Source: an uncultured Actinomycetes bacterium (GTDB lineage: Bacteria; Actinomycetota; Acidimicrobiia; IMCC26256; DASPTH01). From it: a stretch of DNA of 64,000 nt. The notes beneath the pieces were generated by a model. The model did not search any database, was not told where the DNA came from, and was given only the letters and a program-made list of their open reading frames with translations. Location: assembly GCA_963809795.1 (NCBI GenBank), contig CAWELN010000006.1:398409-462408 (forward strand), read 5' to 3'. The translations under genes were made by a program, and so were the position numbers. This document shows, piece by piece, positions 1-14,750 of the stretch. Numbering within the stretch: position 1 is the stretch's first letter; each line of letters opens with the position of its first letter.

Positions 1-578
1 CGCTGCTGCTCCTCGGGCTCCCGGCCTGGCTCCTGCGTCTGGTGCTCCGGCCCCGGTGGCTCTTCTCCACCGTGCGGACGCTGGCGCGCTTCATCCCGGC
101 GTTGGTGATCTTCAACGTCGTGCTCGTCTTCACGCACTGGCCACTGATCGTCGACGCCGCGCTGCACTCCGGGCTCCTGCACTTCCTGGTGCACGCGCTG
201 CTGCTCGTGTCCTCGCTCATCGTGTGGCTACCGATCGTGAGCCCGCTGCCGGAGATCCCGCGCCTGCAACCGGTGCTGCGGATGCTCTACCTGTTCGCGT
301 GGTCGGTGGTGCCGACCATCCCCGCGTCGTTCCTCACGTTCGGCACGTCGCCGCTGTACAAGTTCTACGAGCACGTGCCGCACCTCTACGGCATGTCGAC
401 GCTCCAGGACCAGCAGACCGCGGGCCTGATCATGAAAATCGGGGCCGGACTCCTACTGTGGTTGATCATCGCCGTAGTGTTCTTCCGCTGGGCCTCCGAG
501 GAAGACCGCGCGAACACGCCACGGCACGGACTCGACGAGATGGATCGTGAGCTGACTCAGATGGGGCTGAGGAGATGA
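1..578 (+). CDS. ctaG: Cytochrome c oxidase assembly factor CtaG (caa3-type), 5'-truncated by the window edge
   Basis: Multi-TM protein with THWP, HFLVH and DQQTAGLIMK motifs typical of CtaG; the frame is open to the window start. Confidence 0.85.
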   Translation, partial: LLLLGLPAWLLRLVLRPRWLFSTVRTLARFIPALVIFNVVLVFTHWPLIVDAALHSGLLHFLVHALLLVSSLIVWLPIVSPLPEIPRLQPVLRMLYLFAWSVVPTIPASFLTFGTSPLYKFYEHVPHLYGMSTLQDQQTAGLIMKIGAGLLLWLIIAVVFFRWASEEDRANTPRHGLDEMDRELTQMGLRR

Positions 579-1279
579 CCGACACGACCACGTTGGACGA
601 GACGCCGGACTCCGAGGAGGAGCTCCCCGAGCTCGTCCCGAGCGAGTCGCTGGGCTCCGACGCGCCGGCCGAGGACACGCCGCTGAAGGCGCGGGTGCTC
701 CTGCCGTTCCTGGTGCCGCTCATCTCCATCGCCATCGTCGCCGTGCTCGTGCTCAACATCTCGCGGGTGTTCCTCGCCGGCGACGAGGACGCCGCGTTGG
801 TGATGGGCATCGTCATCACCTTGACGATCCTGGGCGGCGCCTCCATCATCGCCGCCGCGCCCCGGCTGAAGACGTCGTCGTTGGCGCTGATCCTCTGCGG
901 CCTGTTCGTCGTGGTGTCGCTGGCGGGCCTGGTGTCGCTCGGGCCCAGCTTCGACGAGGGCGACGGGGGCGCCGCCGGGTACGTGCAGCCCACCGGCCCC
1001 GCCAAGGGCACGGTGGCGGTGCAGGCCGAGGCGTCGATCAAGTTCAACGCCACCGAATTCACCGCGCCGGCCGGGATCGTGCAGATCAACTACAGCGGCG
1101 CCACCGGCCACACCCTCGCCATCCAGGACCCGAAGTTCGCCGGCTTCCTGCTCACCACCGACGCCGGTGGCCCGAAGTCGGGCAAGGTCGAGCTGACCCC
1201 GGGCAAGTACACCATCTACTGCACCGTGCCGGGCCACGAAGCGCAGGGGATGAAGGCCACCATCACCGTGTCGGGTTGA
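575..1279 (+). CDS. Membrane protein (3 TM) with C-terminal cupredoxin domain
   Basis: Type-1 copper ligands HTL...YCTVPGHEAQGM; ATGA overlap with ctaG. Confidence 0.85.
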   Translation: MTDTTTLDETPDSEEELPELVPSESLGSDAPAEDTPLKARVLLPFLVPLISIAIVAVLVLNISRVFLAGDEDAALVMGIVITLTILGGASIIAAAPRLKTSSLALILCGLFVVVSLAGLVSLGPSFDEGDGGAAGYVQPTGPAKGTVAVQAEASIKFNATEFTAPAGIVQINYSGATGHTLAIQDPKFAGFLLTTDAGGPKSGKVELTPGKYTIYCTVPGHEAQGMKATITVSG

Positions 1280-1289
1280 GCGGGCCCCG

Positions 1290-1697
1290 ATGACGAAGAC
1301 CACCCGCCGCGTCCTGGCGGCGCTCGCCCTCGTGCTGGTCGCCGCGGTCCTGTTCGCCGCGTGCGGCGGCGGCGGTGGCGGCGGAAGCAGCAGCAGCGGC
1401 TACCAGGAGCCCAAGGGCCCGGCGACCGAGACCATCGCCATCCAAGCCGGCAACTTCTACTTCAAGCCCGACACGATCACGGCCACGCCGGGCATCGCCA
1501 AGATCTCGATGACGGCCGCCAACGGCATCCACGACCTCGTGTTCGACGGCGCCTACCCCGGCTTCCTGCTCGAGGCCGACGGCGGTGGTGGCGCGCAGTC
1601 GAAGAAGATCGACCTCAAGCCCGGCAAGTACACCTTCTACTGCGACATCCCCGGCCACCGCGCCGCGGGCATGCAGGGCACGCTCACCGTCAAGTAG
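1290..1697 (+). CDS. Cupredoxin (plastocyanin/azurin-like) lipoprotein
   Basis: Lipobox LFAAC, Gly/Ser linker, HDL...YCDIPGHRAAGM. Confidence 0.85.
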   Translation: MTKTTRRVLAALALVLVAAVLFAACGGGGGGGSSSSGYQEPKGPATETIAIQAGNFYFKPDTITATPGIAKISMTAANGIHDLVFDGAYPGFLLEADGGGGAQSKKIDLKPGKYTFYCDIPGHRAAGMQGTLTVK

Positions 1698-1767
1698 GAG
1701 ATGGAGCGGAGCCGTGCCCGGAGGGCGGGACGGCGGAGCGGAATCGACCGGTCAAGTAGGAGATGGA
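1689..1767. repeat. 17-bp direct repeat GTCAAGTAGGAGATGGA (1689-1705, 1751-1767) enclosing a 45-bp GC-rich imperfect hairpin
   Basis: Exact repeat read from the sequence at the junction of two convergent genes. Confidence 0.85.
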
Positions 1768-2686
1768 TGCAGGGGAGCCGGCCGGCACTACGACGGCCAA
1801 CGCACCCGCGACCGGCGTGATCGTCGCGGGCAGCGGGCCGGCGTGCTCACCGCTGGCCCAGAGCTCCACCGGCGCGCCGGTGCCGGGCACCTCGACCGTC
1901 ACCGTGGTGCCGCGCCACGTACAGACGTCGGGATGCTCGACGTGCTCCCCGCGGAAGACCGACGGGAACGTGCGGAGGAAGTCGACGCGCGACACCGGGC
2001 CGACGACGCACACGTCGAGCAGGCCGTCGTGCACGCTCGCCGCCGGCGTGATCGCCATCCCGCTCGCGTACGTGCGCGTGTTGCCCACCGCGACCAGCCA
2101 CGCGTCGGTGTCGATCACGGTGTCGTCGACGGTGAGATGGAAGCGCTGTGGTCGGTAGGTGGCGAGGGTGCGCAGCGTGGCCAGCACGTAGAGCGGCGCG
2201 CCGCTGGTCCAGGTGACCTGGTTGGCCCACTCGTTGGCGGCGGCGTCGAACCCGGTGTTGGCGACGGTGGTGAACCACGTCTGGCGGCCGTCGGCCGTGT
2301 GCACCCGTCCCAGGTCGGCGCGCACGACGTGACCGGTCCGCAGCACGTCGATCGCCGCGGCGACGTCGTCCCGCGGGATGTCGAGCTGGCGGGCGAAGTC
2401 GTTGCCCGAGCCCACCGGCACGATGCCGAGCACGCCGTCGTGGTCGGCGGCGACGCCGGCGAGCGCGCACACGGTGCCGTCGCCCCCGCACGCGACCACG
2501 GCGCGGCCCCGGGCGAACGCGTCGCGCGCCAGCGTGACCAGGTGGTCGGGGTCGGCCGACAGCTCGACCTCCAGGTCGAGGCCGGCGTCGGCGAGCGCGT
2601 CGGCGACGACGGGGGAGTCGGGCCCGCCCGCGACCGCGGCCCGCCGCGGGGTTCATCACCGCGGTCCAGGCCTCGGGCACATGCAT
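1690..2686 (-). CDS. Diacylglycerol kinase-family (YegS/DagK) lipid kinase, with one frameshift at 2611-2615
   Basis: NPAAG in the upstream frame, GGDGT and GSGNDFAR downstream; removing one base from the G5 run joins the frames. Confidence 0.85.
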
Positions 2687-2743
2687 CGGCGGGAGCGTAG
2701 TGGTGCGATTCGGGCGGGAGAGGGGAAGGGATAGGTTGCGCGG

Positions 2744-3433
2744 GTGACCGAGCTCGACCTCCACCAGATCCCCGGTCACGTCGCGATCGTGGCCGACGGC
2801 AACGGCTGCACGGTGGGCGAGGCGGCGCTGGTCGACGTCGTCGAGGGCGCGCTGGAGATCGGGTTGCGGTGGTTGACCGTCGACCTCGTCCCGAGCGCGC
2901 GCTGGAGCGAGCCGATCGGTGAGCTGCGGGCGCTGCTCGCCGACGCCGAGCGCGTGCTGCTCGCCCGGCGCGACGCCTGGCACGCCCGAGGGGTCCGCGT
3001 CCGCGCCATCGGGCGGCGCGGGGAGCGCCTCCCGCGCCGGCTCCGGACGACGCTCGACGACACCGAGGCGCTCACGGCCGCCAACCACGGGATGACGCTG
3101 ACCCTCGGCGTCGACCACGACGGCCGGGCCGAGCTGGCGGCGGCGATGGCGGCGATCGCGGAGGAGGTCCGGGACGGCGCCCGCAAGGTGGCGGCGATCG
3201 ACGGCGACGTGCTCGCCGCCCACCTCGAGGCCCCCGACCTCCCGGACCCCGACGTGCTGGTGCGCACCGCCGGCGAGACCCGCACCTCCAGCTTCCTGGT
3301 CTGGCAGGCCGCCTACTCCGAGTTCGTGTTCACCGACGTCGCCTGGCCCGAGTTCCGCCGCGCCGACCTCTTCGTCGCCGTCGCCGAGTTCCAACGCCGC
3401 GAGCGCCGCTTCGGCGCCGTCGACCCCACCTAG
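2744..3433 (+). CDS. uppS: cis-prenyltransferase (UppS-like), degenerate active site
   Basis: HVAIVADGNG and PDPDVLVRTAGETRTSSFLVWQAAYSE present; lies next to recO as in other actinobacteria; lacks RWA..GH and FSTENW. Confidence 0.8.
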   Translation: MTELDLHQIPGHVAIVADGNGCTVGEAALVDVVEGALEIGLRWLTVDLVPSARWSEPIGELRALLADAERVLLARRDAWHARGVRVRAIGRRGERLPRRLRTTLDDTEALTAANHGMTLTLGVDHDGRAELAAAMAAIAEEVRDGARKVAAIDGDVLAAHLEAPDLPDPDVLVRTAGETRTSSFLVWQAAYSEFVFTDVAWPEFRRADLFVAVAEFQRRERRFGAVDPT

Positions 3434-3515
3434 CTCGAACATCCGGCACTACGAGTGCGCAGACGTCAGCCTTCTGACGGATGTTCGGACCGGGAGGGCG
3501 AATTACACTGGTGTA

Positions 3516-4232
3516 GTGAACCTGTACCGGGACCAGGGGGTCGTGCTGCGCACGATCAAGCTGGGGGAGACCGACCGCATCGTCACCATCCTCACGCAGG
3601 GTCACGGGAAGATCCGGGCGGTGGCGAAGGGCGTGCGGAAGCCGGGGAGCCGCTTCGGCGCCCGGCTCGAGCCGATGAGCCACCTCGCGCTGCAGTGCTA
3701 CCGGGGCCGCGAGCTCGACGTGGTCACCCAGACCGAGACCATCGACGCCAACCGCGCCCTGCGCGAGCACTACGGCTGCCTCACCCACGCCATCTCGATG
3801 CTCGAGGCCACCGACCAGGTCGCCCAGGAGCGCGAGCCCAACCCCGCGCTCTACCGCATGCTCGTCGGCGCGCTGCGCACCCTCGCCGAGCACCCCACGC
3901 CGCTCGTGAGCGCCGCGTTCTTCTGGAAGCTGCTCTCGCTCGAGGGCTTCCACCCGATGCTCGACCTGTGCGCCCGCTGCGGCGCCGACGACGGCCCGTT
4001 CACCGCCTTCGACCTCGAGGAGGGGGGCGTGCTCTGCGCGACGTGCGGTCGCTTCACCGGCCGTCGCATCGAGCCCGACACCCTGCAGATGGTCCGGCGC
4101 ATCCTGGGCGGCGAGCTGCGCACCGCGCTCGCGGAGCCGCCCGGGCCCACCACGACGGCCACCGAGCGGCTCGCGCTCACCAGCCTGGAGCACCATCTGG
4201 AGCGCCGTCTGCGCAGCGCCGCGCTGCTCTGA
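3516..4232 (+). CDS. recO: DNA repair protein RecO
   Basis: GVVLRTIKLGETDRIV, AVAKGVRK, C-terminal CxxC...CxxC. Confidence 0.95.
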   Translation: MNLYRDQGVVLRTIKLGETDRIVTILTQGHGKIRAVAKGVRKPGSRFGARLEPMSHLALQCYRGRELDVVTQTETIDANRALREHYGCLTHAISMLEATDQVAQEREPNPALYRMLVGALRTLAEHPTPLVSAAFFWKLLSLEGFHPMLDLCARCGADDGPFTAFDLEEGGVLCATCGRFTGRRIEPDTLQMVRRILGGELRTALAEPPGPTTTATERLALTSLEHHLERRLRSAALL

Positions 4233-4289
4233 CCGCCGCGACGCCGAGAAGAGCGCACGAGAACGCCCCCACTAGGATCGCCCCCCGGT

Positions 4290-5618
4290 ATGGCCAAGAA
4301 CGACTTGATGGACCGCGTCGTCAACCTGGCGAAGCGACGCGGCCTGGTCTTCCCCTCGAGCGAGATCTACGGCGGGTTCCGCTCGACCTGGGACTACGGC
4401 CCCCTCGGTGTGCTCCTCAAGCGCAACGTGAAGGACGCCTGGTGGCGCAGCATGGTGCAGCTGCGCGACGACGTCGTCGGCCTCGACGCCGCCATCCTCA
4501 TGGCGCCGAAGGTGTGGGAGGCGAGCGGGCACGTCGCGACGTTCACCGACCCCCTCGTCGACTGCCGCAACTGCAAGGAGCGCTTCCGCGCCGACGAGCT
4601 GCCCGACTCCGGGGCGTGTCCGAACTGCGGCATGAAGGACACCTTCACCGAGGCGCGACAGTTCAACCTCATGTTCAAGACCTTCGTCGGCCCGGTGGAG
4701 GACGACGCTTCGGTGGCGTACCTGCGCCCGGAGACCGCGCAGGGCATCTTCGTGAACTTCGCCAACGTGCAGACGACGACCCGCAAGAAGCCACCGTTCG
4801 GCATCGCCCAGATCGGCAAGTCGTTCCGCAACGAGATCACGCCGGGCAACTTCGTGTTCCGCACCCGCGAGTTCGAGCAGATGGAGATGGAGTACTTCGT
4901 GCCGCCCGAGGACGGTGCGCAGTGGTACGAGTACTGGTGCCAGGAGCGGTTCCGTTGGTACACCGACCTCGGCATCCCCGAGGACCAGCTCCGCCTGCGC
5001 CCGCACGCCACCGAGGAGCTGTCGCACTACTCGGCCGCCACCTCCGACGTGGAGTTCCTCTACCCGTGGGGCTGGGGCGAGCTCGAGGGCATCGCCAACC
5101 GCACCGACTACGACCTCACCCAGCACAGCAAGTTCTCCGGTCAGGACCTGACCTACTACGACCAGGAACACGACCGCCGGTACTTCCCGTACGTGATCGA
5201 GCCGGCCGCCGGCGCCGACCGCGCCACCCTCGCCTTCCTCCTCGCCGCCTACGAGGAGGAGGACGTCGACAACGGCAAGGGCGGCACCGAGAAGCGGACG
5301 GTGCTGCGCCTGCACCACCGACTGGCCCCGATCAAGGTCGCGGTGCTGCCCCTGTCGAAGAACGAGCGGCTGGTGCCGGTGGCCGACGAGGTGGCGGCCC
5401 TGCTCCGGCCGGAGCTGATGATCGATGTCGACGTGGCGGGCTCCATCGGGCGCCGCTACCGTCGACAGGACGAGGTCGGGACCCCGTTGTGCGTGACCGT
5501 CGACTTCGACACCCTCGACGATCGGGCGGTCACCATCCGTGACCGCGACTCCATGACGCAGGAGCGGGTCCCGATCGATGGCCTGCTCGACGAGCTGAGG
5601 AAACGCCTCCAAGCATGA
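4290..5618 (+). CDS. glyQS: Glycine--tRNA ligase (alpha2 type)
   Basis: [40 protein letters not shown]. Confidence 0.97.
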   Translation: MAKNDLMDRVVNLAKRRGLVFPSSEIYGGFRSTWDYGPLGVLLKRNVKDAWWRSMVQLRDDVVGLDAAILMAPKVWEASGHVATFTDPLVDCRNCKERFRADELPDSGACPNCGMKDTFTEARQFNLMFKTFVGPVEDDASVAYLRPETAQGIFVNFANVQTTTRKKPPFGIAQIGKSFRNEITPGNFVFRTREFEQMEMEYFVPPEDGAQWYEYWCQERFRWYTDLGIPEDQLRLRPHATEELSHYSAATSDVEFLYPWGWGELEGIANRTDYDLTQHSKFSGQDLTYYDQEHDRRYFPYVIEPAAGADRATLAFLLAAYEEEDVDNGKGGTEKRTVLRLHHRLAPIKVAVLPLSKNERLVPVADEVAALLRPELMIDVDVAGSIGRRYRRQDEVGTPLCVTVDFDTLDDRAVTIRDRDSMTQERVPIDGLLDELRKRLQA

Positions 5619-6700
5619 ACGACAACTACTACGAGGAGCTCGGGGTCGAGCCCGGGGCATCGCGCGACGAGATCCGCGACGCGCACCGCCGGCGGGTCTC
5701 CGACCTCGAGGCCGCACGCGAGAAGAAGGGCATCTCCGAATCGCAGCTGCAGGCGAACCGCGACGAGGTCGCGCGCGTCCGCGCCGCGTGGAACGTGCTG
5801 TCCGACCCGTTCCAGCGCCAGCGCTACGACGCGCAGCTCGACGCGCCGGCCGACGGCGACGTCGAGCTGGTCGACGACGACGACGCCGGACCGCGGGCGG
5901 GCACCGAGCAGCAGCCGACCGGCTGGCGGAAGTTGCTCGCGCCGCCGCCGCCGAAGGAGAACGCGGGCGGCGCCAAGAACGGCAACGGCAAGAAGGCGGC
6001 GCAGCCGACGAACCGGCGCAACCGGCCCGAGCCGACGATCGTCCTGCCCGAAGGCATGCAGCTCGCCGAACCGCGGCAGCGGGGCATGGCGATGCTGTTC
6101 GACATCGCCGTCCTCTTGGTGATCTACACCGGCATCAGCTTCCTCCTGCCCGCGGTGATCCAGAGCGATTACTCCGACATCGTCAAGCAGATCGACAAGG
6201 TCGGCACGCTCCACGACAAGCAGAACGACCTCAACGACGCCAAGACCGCCAAGGACAAGGCCTCGGCCCAGACGGCCGTCGACAAGGCCGAGAAGGACGT
6301 GAAGGACGCCGGGATCAAGGTGCCGCCGAGCACCGCCAAGGCCTCCGACAAGAAGGAGACCGAGCTGCGCGACAGCATCGTGGGCACCCAGTACGCGATC
6401 GCGGTCACCATCCTCGTCCTCGGCCTGCTCTATCTCGTGCCGTCGACCGCACGTACGGGGCAGACGTTCGGGATGCGCAACCGCCGGATCAAGGTGGTGC
6501 GCGTCGACGGGTCGCCGGTCACGTGGTGGGCGGCGTTCGTCCGCTTCTTCATCCCGTTGGCCATCGCGTTCGTGCTCCTGATCCCGCTGTCGACGCTGGC
6601 ACCGCTGCTCGGCCTGGCCATCGTCGGGTGGAGCTTCTTCGACCGCAACCGTCAGGGCATCCACGACAAGCTCGCCCGAACGGTCGTCGTCGCCGCGTAG
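5615..6700 (+). CDS. J-like domain / RDD-family membrane protein fusion
   Basis: N-terminal YYEELGV...[13 protein letters not shown] without HPD; C-terminal RDD motifs ([22 protein letters not shown]). Confidence 0.8.
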   Translation: MNDNYYEELGVEPGASRDEIRDAHRRRVSDLEAAREKKGISESQLQANRDEVARVRAAWNVLSDPFQRQRYDAQLDAPADGDVELVDDDDAGPRAGTEQQPTGWRKLLAPPPPKENAGGAKNGNGKKAAQPTNRRNRPEPTIVLPEGMQLAEPRQRGMAMLFDIAVLLVIYTGISFLLPAVIQSDYSDIVKQIDKVGTLHDKQNDLNDAKTAKDKASAQTAVDKAEKDVKDAGIKVPPSTAKASDKKETELRDSIVGTQYAIAVTILVLGLLYLVPSTARTGQTFGMRNRRIKVVRVDGSPVTWWAAFVRFFIPLAIAFVLLIPLSTLAPLLGLAIVGWSFFDRNRQGIHDKLARTVVVAA

Positions 6701-6749
6701 TCTCGAATCTCGCGATCCTGATCACACCCGGTCAGACTGGAGTTGAGCT

Positions 6750-9383
<2,634 letters not shown>

Positions 9384-9448
9384 CGCTCGGGAGTCGTTCC
9401 TCTGCGGTCCCCCGGCGCGGGATCCGACTTCCCGCTAGGTTGTCGGCG

Positions 9449-9856
9449 ATGACGCGCCCGCAGCTGACGGAGAGCGGACGCTTCCGATGGGATCGTCAGT
9501 TCGCCCGCACGGACGCATGGACCGGCACGACCTCGCGTCGCTGCGTCGATCTGCTCGTGATGCTGGGCATCGCCGCGGCCGTCGTCGACGTGGCGACCAC
9601 CTACGTCGCCCTGGCCGTGTCGAACCACGTCGAACGCAATCCGGTCATGCGAGCGGCGTTCGACAACGTCGGCCTCGTGCCCGTTCTCGTGGTCAACCTC
9701 GCGCTGCGCGTGGCGATCCTCGTCTGCCTCGCCTACATCGCGGTCCGCGCCCGGCGTCCGGCGATCCGGTGGGTCGCCGCGGGCACCATCGGCGTGGTCG
9801 CGGTCTGGTGGTGCGTCGTCGTCTTCGCCAACGCGGTCGCCCTCGGCCGGGCCTGA
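9449..9856 (+). CDS. Small membrane protein, DUF5658-like
   Basis: D..TT...E.NP motif followed by TM helices; start uncertain. Confidence 0.6.
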   Translation: MTRPQLTESGRFRWDRQFARTDAWTGTTSRRCVDLLVMLGIAAAVVDVATTYVALAVSNHVERNPVMRAAFDNVGLVPVLVVNLALRVAILVCLAYIAVRARRPAIRWVAAGTIGVVAVWWCVVVFANAVALGRA

Positions 9857-9894
9857 GCGCGATGAGTGTCGCACCCCGGTCGTAAGTTCGGACC

Positions 9895-10983
9895 ATGACC
9901 GACGTCGTCGCTGCCCCGCTCACCCGCCGCGCCCACGAGGGCGCCGAGGCCTTCGTCGGCGCGCCGGTACGCCACCGGGAGGAGCGGGAGGCCGAGCTGG
10001 CGGTCATGCTGGCCCCGGGGGCGACCCGGCCGGTGGGCGCCGGGGTGCGGTTGCGCCCGGAGGCGCCCGACCCGCTGCGGCTCTGCTTCGAGCGCGACCT
10101 CGACCGGATCAAGCACTCACGGCCCTGGCGGCGCCTGGCCGGCAAGTGCCAGGTGTTCGTCGCCCCGGAGAACGACCACCTCCGCACCCGCCTCACCCAT
10201 GCGGTCGAGGTCGCCCAGGTCGCCACCGGGATCGCCCGGGCCGCCAACCTGTGCCTGCCGCTCACCGAGGCCATCGCGCTCGCCCACGACTGCGGCCACG
10301 GCCCCGCGGGCCACGCCTCCGAGGATGCGTTCTCGCCGTTCCTCCCGGGCGGCGGCTACGACCACGCGGTCTACGGCGCCGACGTCACCCTCCTGCCGCT
10401 CAACCTGTGCGTGGAGACGCTCGACGGCGTGCGCAACCACTCGTGGCGCCGGCCCGCACCGTCGACGCCCGAGGGCGAGGTGGTCGCGTGGGCGGACCGG
10501 ATCGCGTACGTCTGCCACGACTTCGAAGACGCCGTCCGGGCAGGGATCCTCGAGCCCGCCGACCTGCCCCCGGCGGTGCGCGACGTCGTCGGCGCCCGGC
10601 CGTCGGAGCAGATCGGCGCGTTCATGCAGGCGGTGCTGGACGCCGTCGACCTCACCGGCGCGGTCGGGATGACCGAGCCCGCCGCGGGCGCGCTCGCCGA
10701 CTTCCGCGCCTTCAACTTCGAGCGGATCTACCTGCGCCCGGCCGCGCGCCGTCAGGCGGCGCGGGTCGTGCGCCTGCTCGGTGATCTGGTCGAGCACTTC
10801 GCCGACGCGCCGCGCCGGATCCCGATGGTGCGCGACGGCGAGGTGCCGGCACCGGTCGCGGGCTCGCCCGAAGCCGCCGCGCTGGCGGTGCACCACGTGA
10901 GCGGCATGACCGACCGCTACGCGCTCGGGCTCGGCGTCGAGCTGCTCGGGTGGCGGCCCGACGACCTTCCCCGCGGCGTGTGA
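9895..10983 (+). CDS. dgt: dGTP triphosphohydrolase-like HD protein
   Basis: FERDLDRI, RTRLTH, LAHDCGH, ADRIAY, GMTDRYA; upstream of dnaG. Confidence 0.9.
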   Translation: MTDVVAAPLTRRAHEGAEAFVGAPVRHREEREAELAVMLAPGATRPVGAGVRLRPEAPDPLRLCFERDLDRIKHSRPWRRLAGKCQVFVAPENDHLRTRLTHAVEVAQVATGIARAANLCLPLTEAIALAHDCGHGPAGHASEDAFSPFLPGGGYDHAVYGADVTLLPLNLCVETLDGVRNHSWRRPAPSTPEGEVVAWADRIAYVCHDFEDAVRAGILEPADLPPAVRDVVGARPSEQIGAFMQAVLDAVDLTGAVGMTEPAAGALADFRAFNFERIYLRPAARRQAARVVRLLGDLVEHFADAPRRIPMVRDGEVPAPVAGSPEAAALAVHHVSGMTDRYALGLGVELLGWRPDDLPRGV

Positions 10984-11030
10984 AACGCGTCGACGCGCCG
11001 GCGCCGCCCCGGCCATAGGCTCGCAGCCCG

Positions 11031-12856
11031 ATGGGCATCCTCGACGAAGACGTGGCCCGGGTCCGGGACGCCACCGATCTCGTCGCCCTGGCCAGCGAGC
11101 ACCTCGCGCTGAAGCGGGTGGGCAAGCGCATGGTCGGCCTGTGCCCGTTCCACGCCGAGAAGACGCCGTCGTTCGGGATCAACCCCGAGCTGAACCTCTA
11201 CTTCTGCCACGGTTGCCAGGCGAGCGGCGACGCGATCACGTTCGTGCGCGAGGTCGAGCACCTCGACTTCGTCGACGCGGTGGAACGGCTGGCGTCCCGC
11301 GCCGGCATCACCCTGCGCTACGACGACAAGGCGATCGCCAAGGACCGCACCAAGAAGCAACGGTTGGCGGAGGCGGTCGCGGGCGCGATCGCGTTCTACC
11401 ACGAGCTGTTGCTGCAGTCGGCCGACGGCGGTCTCGCGCGCCGCTACCTGCGCTCGCGCGGCTTCGACGGCGACGCGGCGCGGCAGTTCCAACTCGGCTG
11501 GGCGCCCGACGCGTGGGACCAGCTGAGCGTGCACCTGCAACGGCAGAAGTTCGCGCGCGACGACATCGTCGACGCCGGCCTCGCGTTCGTGAACAAGGTG
11601 AACAAGCTGCAGGACCAGTTCCGCGCCCGCCTCATGTTCCCGATCTACGACTCGCGCGGCGAGGCGGCGGGATTCGGCGGGCGCGCGCTCGGTGCCGACG
11701 GCCCGAAGTACAAGAACTCGCCCGAGACGCCGATCTACCAGAAGAGTCGGCTGCTGTACGGCCTCAACTGGGCGAAGGGCGAGATCGTCGCGCGGGGCGA
11801 GGTCGTGATCTGCGAGGGCTACACCGACGTCATGGCCTTCGCGCTCGCGGGCGCACCCAACGCGGTTGCCACGTGCGGCACCGCGCTCGCCGACGACCAC
11901 TTCCAGATCCTGAAGAACCTTGCTCGGAAGGTGGTGCTCGCGTACGACTCGGATGCCGCCGGCCAGGGCGCGGCGGAGAAGTGGTACGGGTGGGAGCAGC
12001 ACTACGAGATCCAGCTGCAGGTCGCCGACCTCCCGGCCGGTCGCGATCCCGCCGACGTCTGGCACGACGACCCGCAACAGCTGCTGCATGCGCTCGAGCG
12101 CGCCACGCCGTTCCTGCAGTTCCGGCTCGACCGCGTGCTCCAGGCCGCCGATCTCGCCACGCTCGAGGGGCGGGCGCGCGCGGCCGAGTCAGGGGCGGCC
12201 ATCGTCGCGCAGCACCCGAGCGACCTCGTACGCGACCAGTACGTCATGAAGCTGGCGGGCGAGCTCGACATCGACGCCGACCGGCTCCGCGAGACGGTGG
12301 CGCGCCTCCGACGTGAACCCAGCGCGTCGCCGGCGCCGCGCCGCGCGCCGGCATCCTCGTCCGCCCCGGCGCCCGAGCGCCCGCGTCCGCCGACGCGCGT
12401 CGACCGGCGGGAGCTCGACGTGCTGCTGTACGCGGTGCACGAACCCGAGCTCGTCGTCGACTGGCTCGACGCGCGGCTGTTCGCCGATCCCGTCACGCGC
12501 GGCGCGTTCGAGGTGATCGCGTCGACCGACGACTTCCACCGCGCGCTCGCCGAGAGCGACGGTGCGGTGCACGAGCTGCTGGAGCGCGTCGCGGTCGAAG
12601 AGCCGGTTGCGTCCGACGAACCCGAGACGTTGCGCGCGCATCTGATGGCGAACACCATCGGTCCGGCCGCGCAACGGGCGCTGGTGGGGATGCTACGCGC
12701 CCACGACGAGCGCGCCACGTCGCTGAAATTGCTCCTGGACGCGCTCGCCCACGCGCGTGAGATGGGCGACTGGGAAGCCGTCCAGGAGCGCGGATTCGAG
12801 TTGCTAGGGTGGGTCGGCGAAGAAGCACGCGGGGCAGCCCCAGCGAGAGAGACACG

Positions 12857-12860
<4 letters not shown>
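11031..12860 (+). CDS. dnaG: DNA primase
   Basis: CPFH zinc finger, [20 protein letters not shown]. Confidence 0.97.
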
Positions 12861-14185
<1,325 letters not shown>

Positions 14186-14452
14186 TCCGTCCCGCGGCCG
14201 CAGAGACGGCCCCGACAGCGTTCACCTCGAATTCACTGCGGCGTGGTCTTGCGTCCGCCAGGCACTTCCTACGTTGTGTCGCACAGCGGACTCCGAGGCA
14301 GCCGACTTTTCCTACCCCCCTGGCGAATGAAGCGACTCCGGGGTTCCGCTGACGGGTGTTGAGGCACCGCGCAGGGGCCCGGCTACGGCCGGGCCTCGTC
14401 GCGCACGGAGCTTCGTCGATTACGGAGATCGTCTTTCGGGCAGAAACGACGT

Positions 14453-14713
14453 ATGACGGTGTTCGAGTTCACCTGTCGTGACTGCGGCTCGTTCGAGGTG
14501 GTCCCGGTGGGAGACCTTCTTCGCCACCTCGCCCGCGAGCCCGCGTTCCGGTGCCCCGAGTGCGGCGCACCCGTGTCCGTCGATGTGCTCTCCAACTTCG
14601 AGCCGAGCGACGAGGCCTGGTTCTCCGCCTTGAAGCGCCACCCCGATCCTGACCGCCCACGTCGGGAGCGGGTGCTCGAGGCCAGGGCCCCGAGTTCGTC
14701 ACGGGTTGCCTGA
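14453..14713 (+). CDS. Small zinc-ribbon protein, hypothetical
   Basis: CRDC...CPEC in an 86-aa ORF. Confidence 0.5.
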   Translation: MTVFEFTCRDCGSFEVVPVGDLLRHLAREPAFRCPECGAPVSVDVLSNFEPSDEAWFSALKRHPDPDRPRRERVLEARAPSSSRVA

Positions 14714-14750
14714 CCGCGGCGAACTTGCCGAGACAAGGCGGCGGTGACCG

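Noticed and set aside
9384-9435. Hairpin after ppdK as a terminator or ncRNA
   Set aside because: Imperfect stem, no U-tract, no recognisable motif
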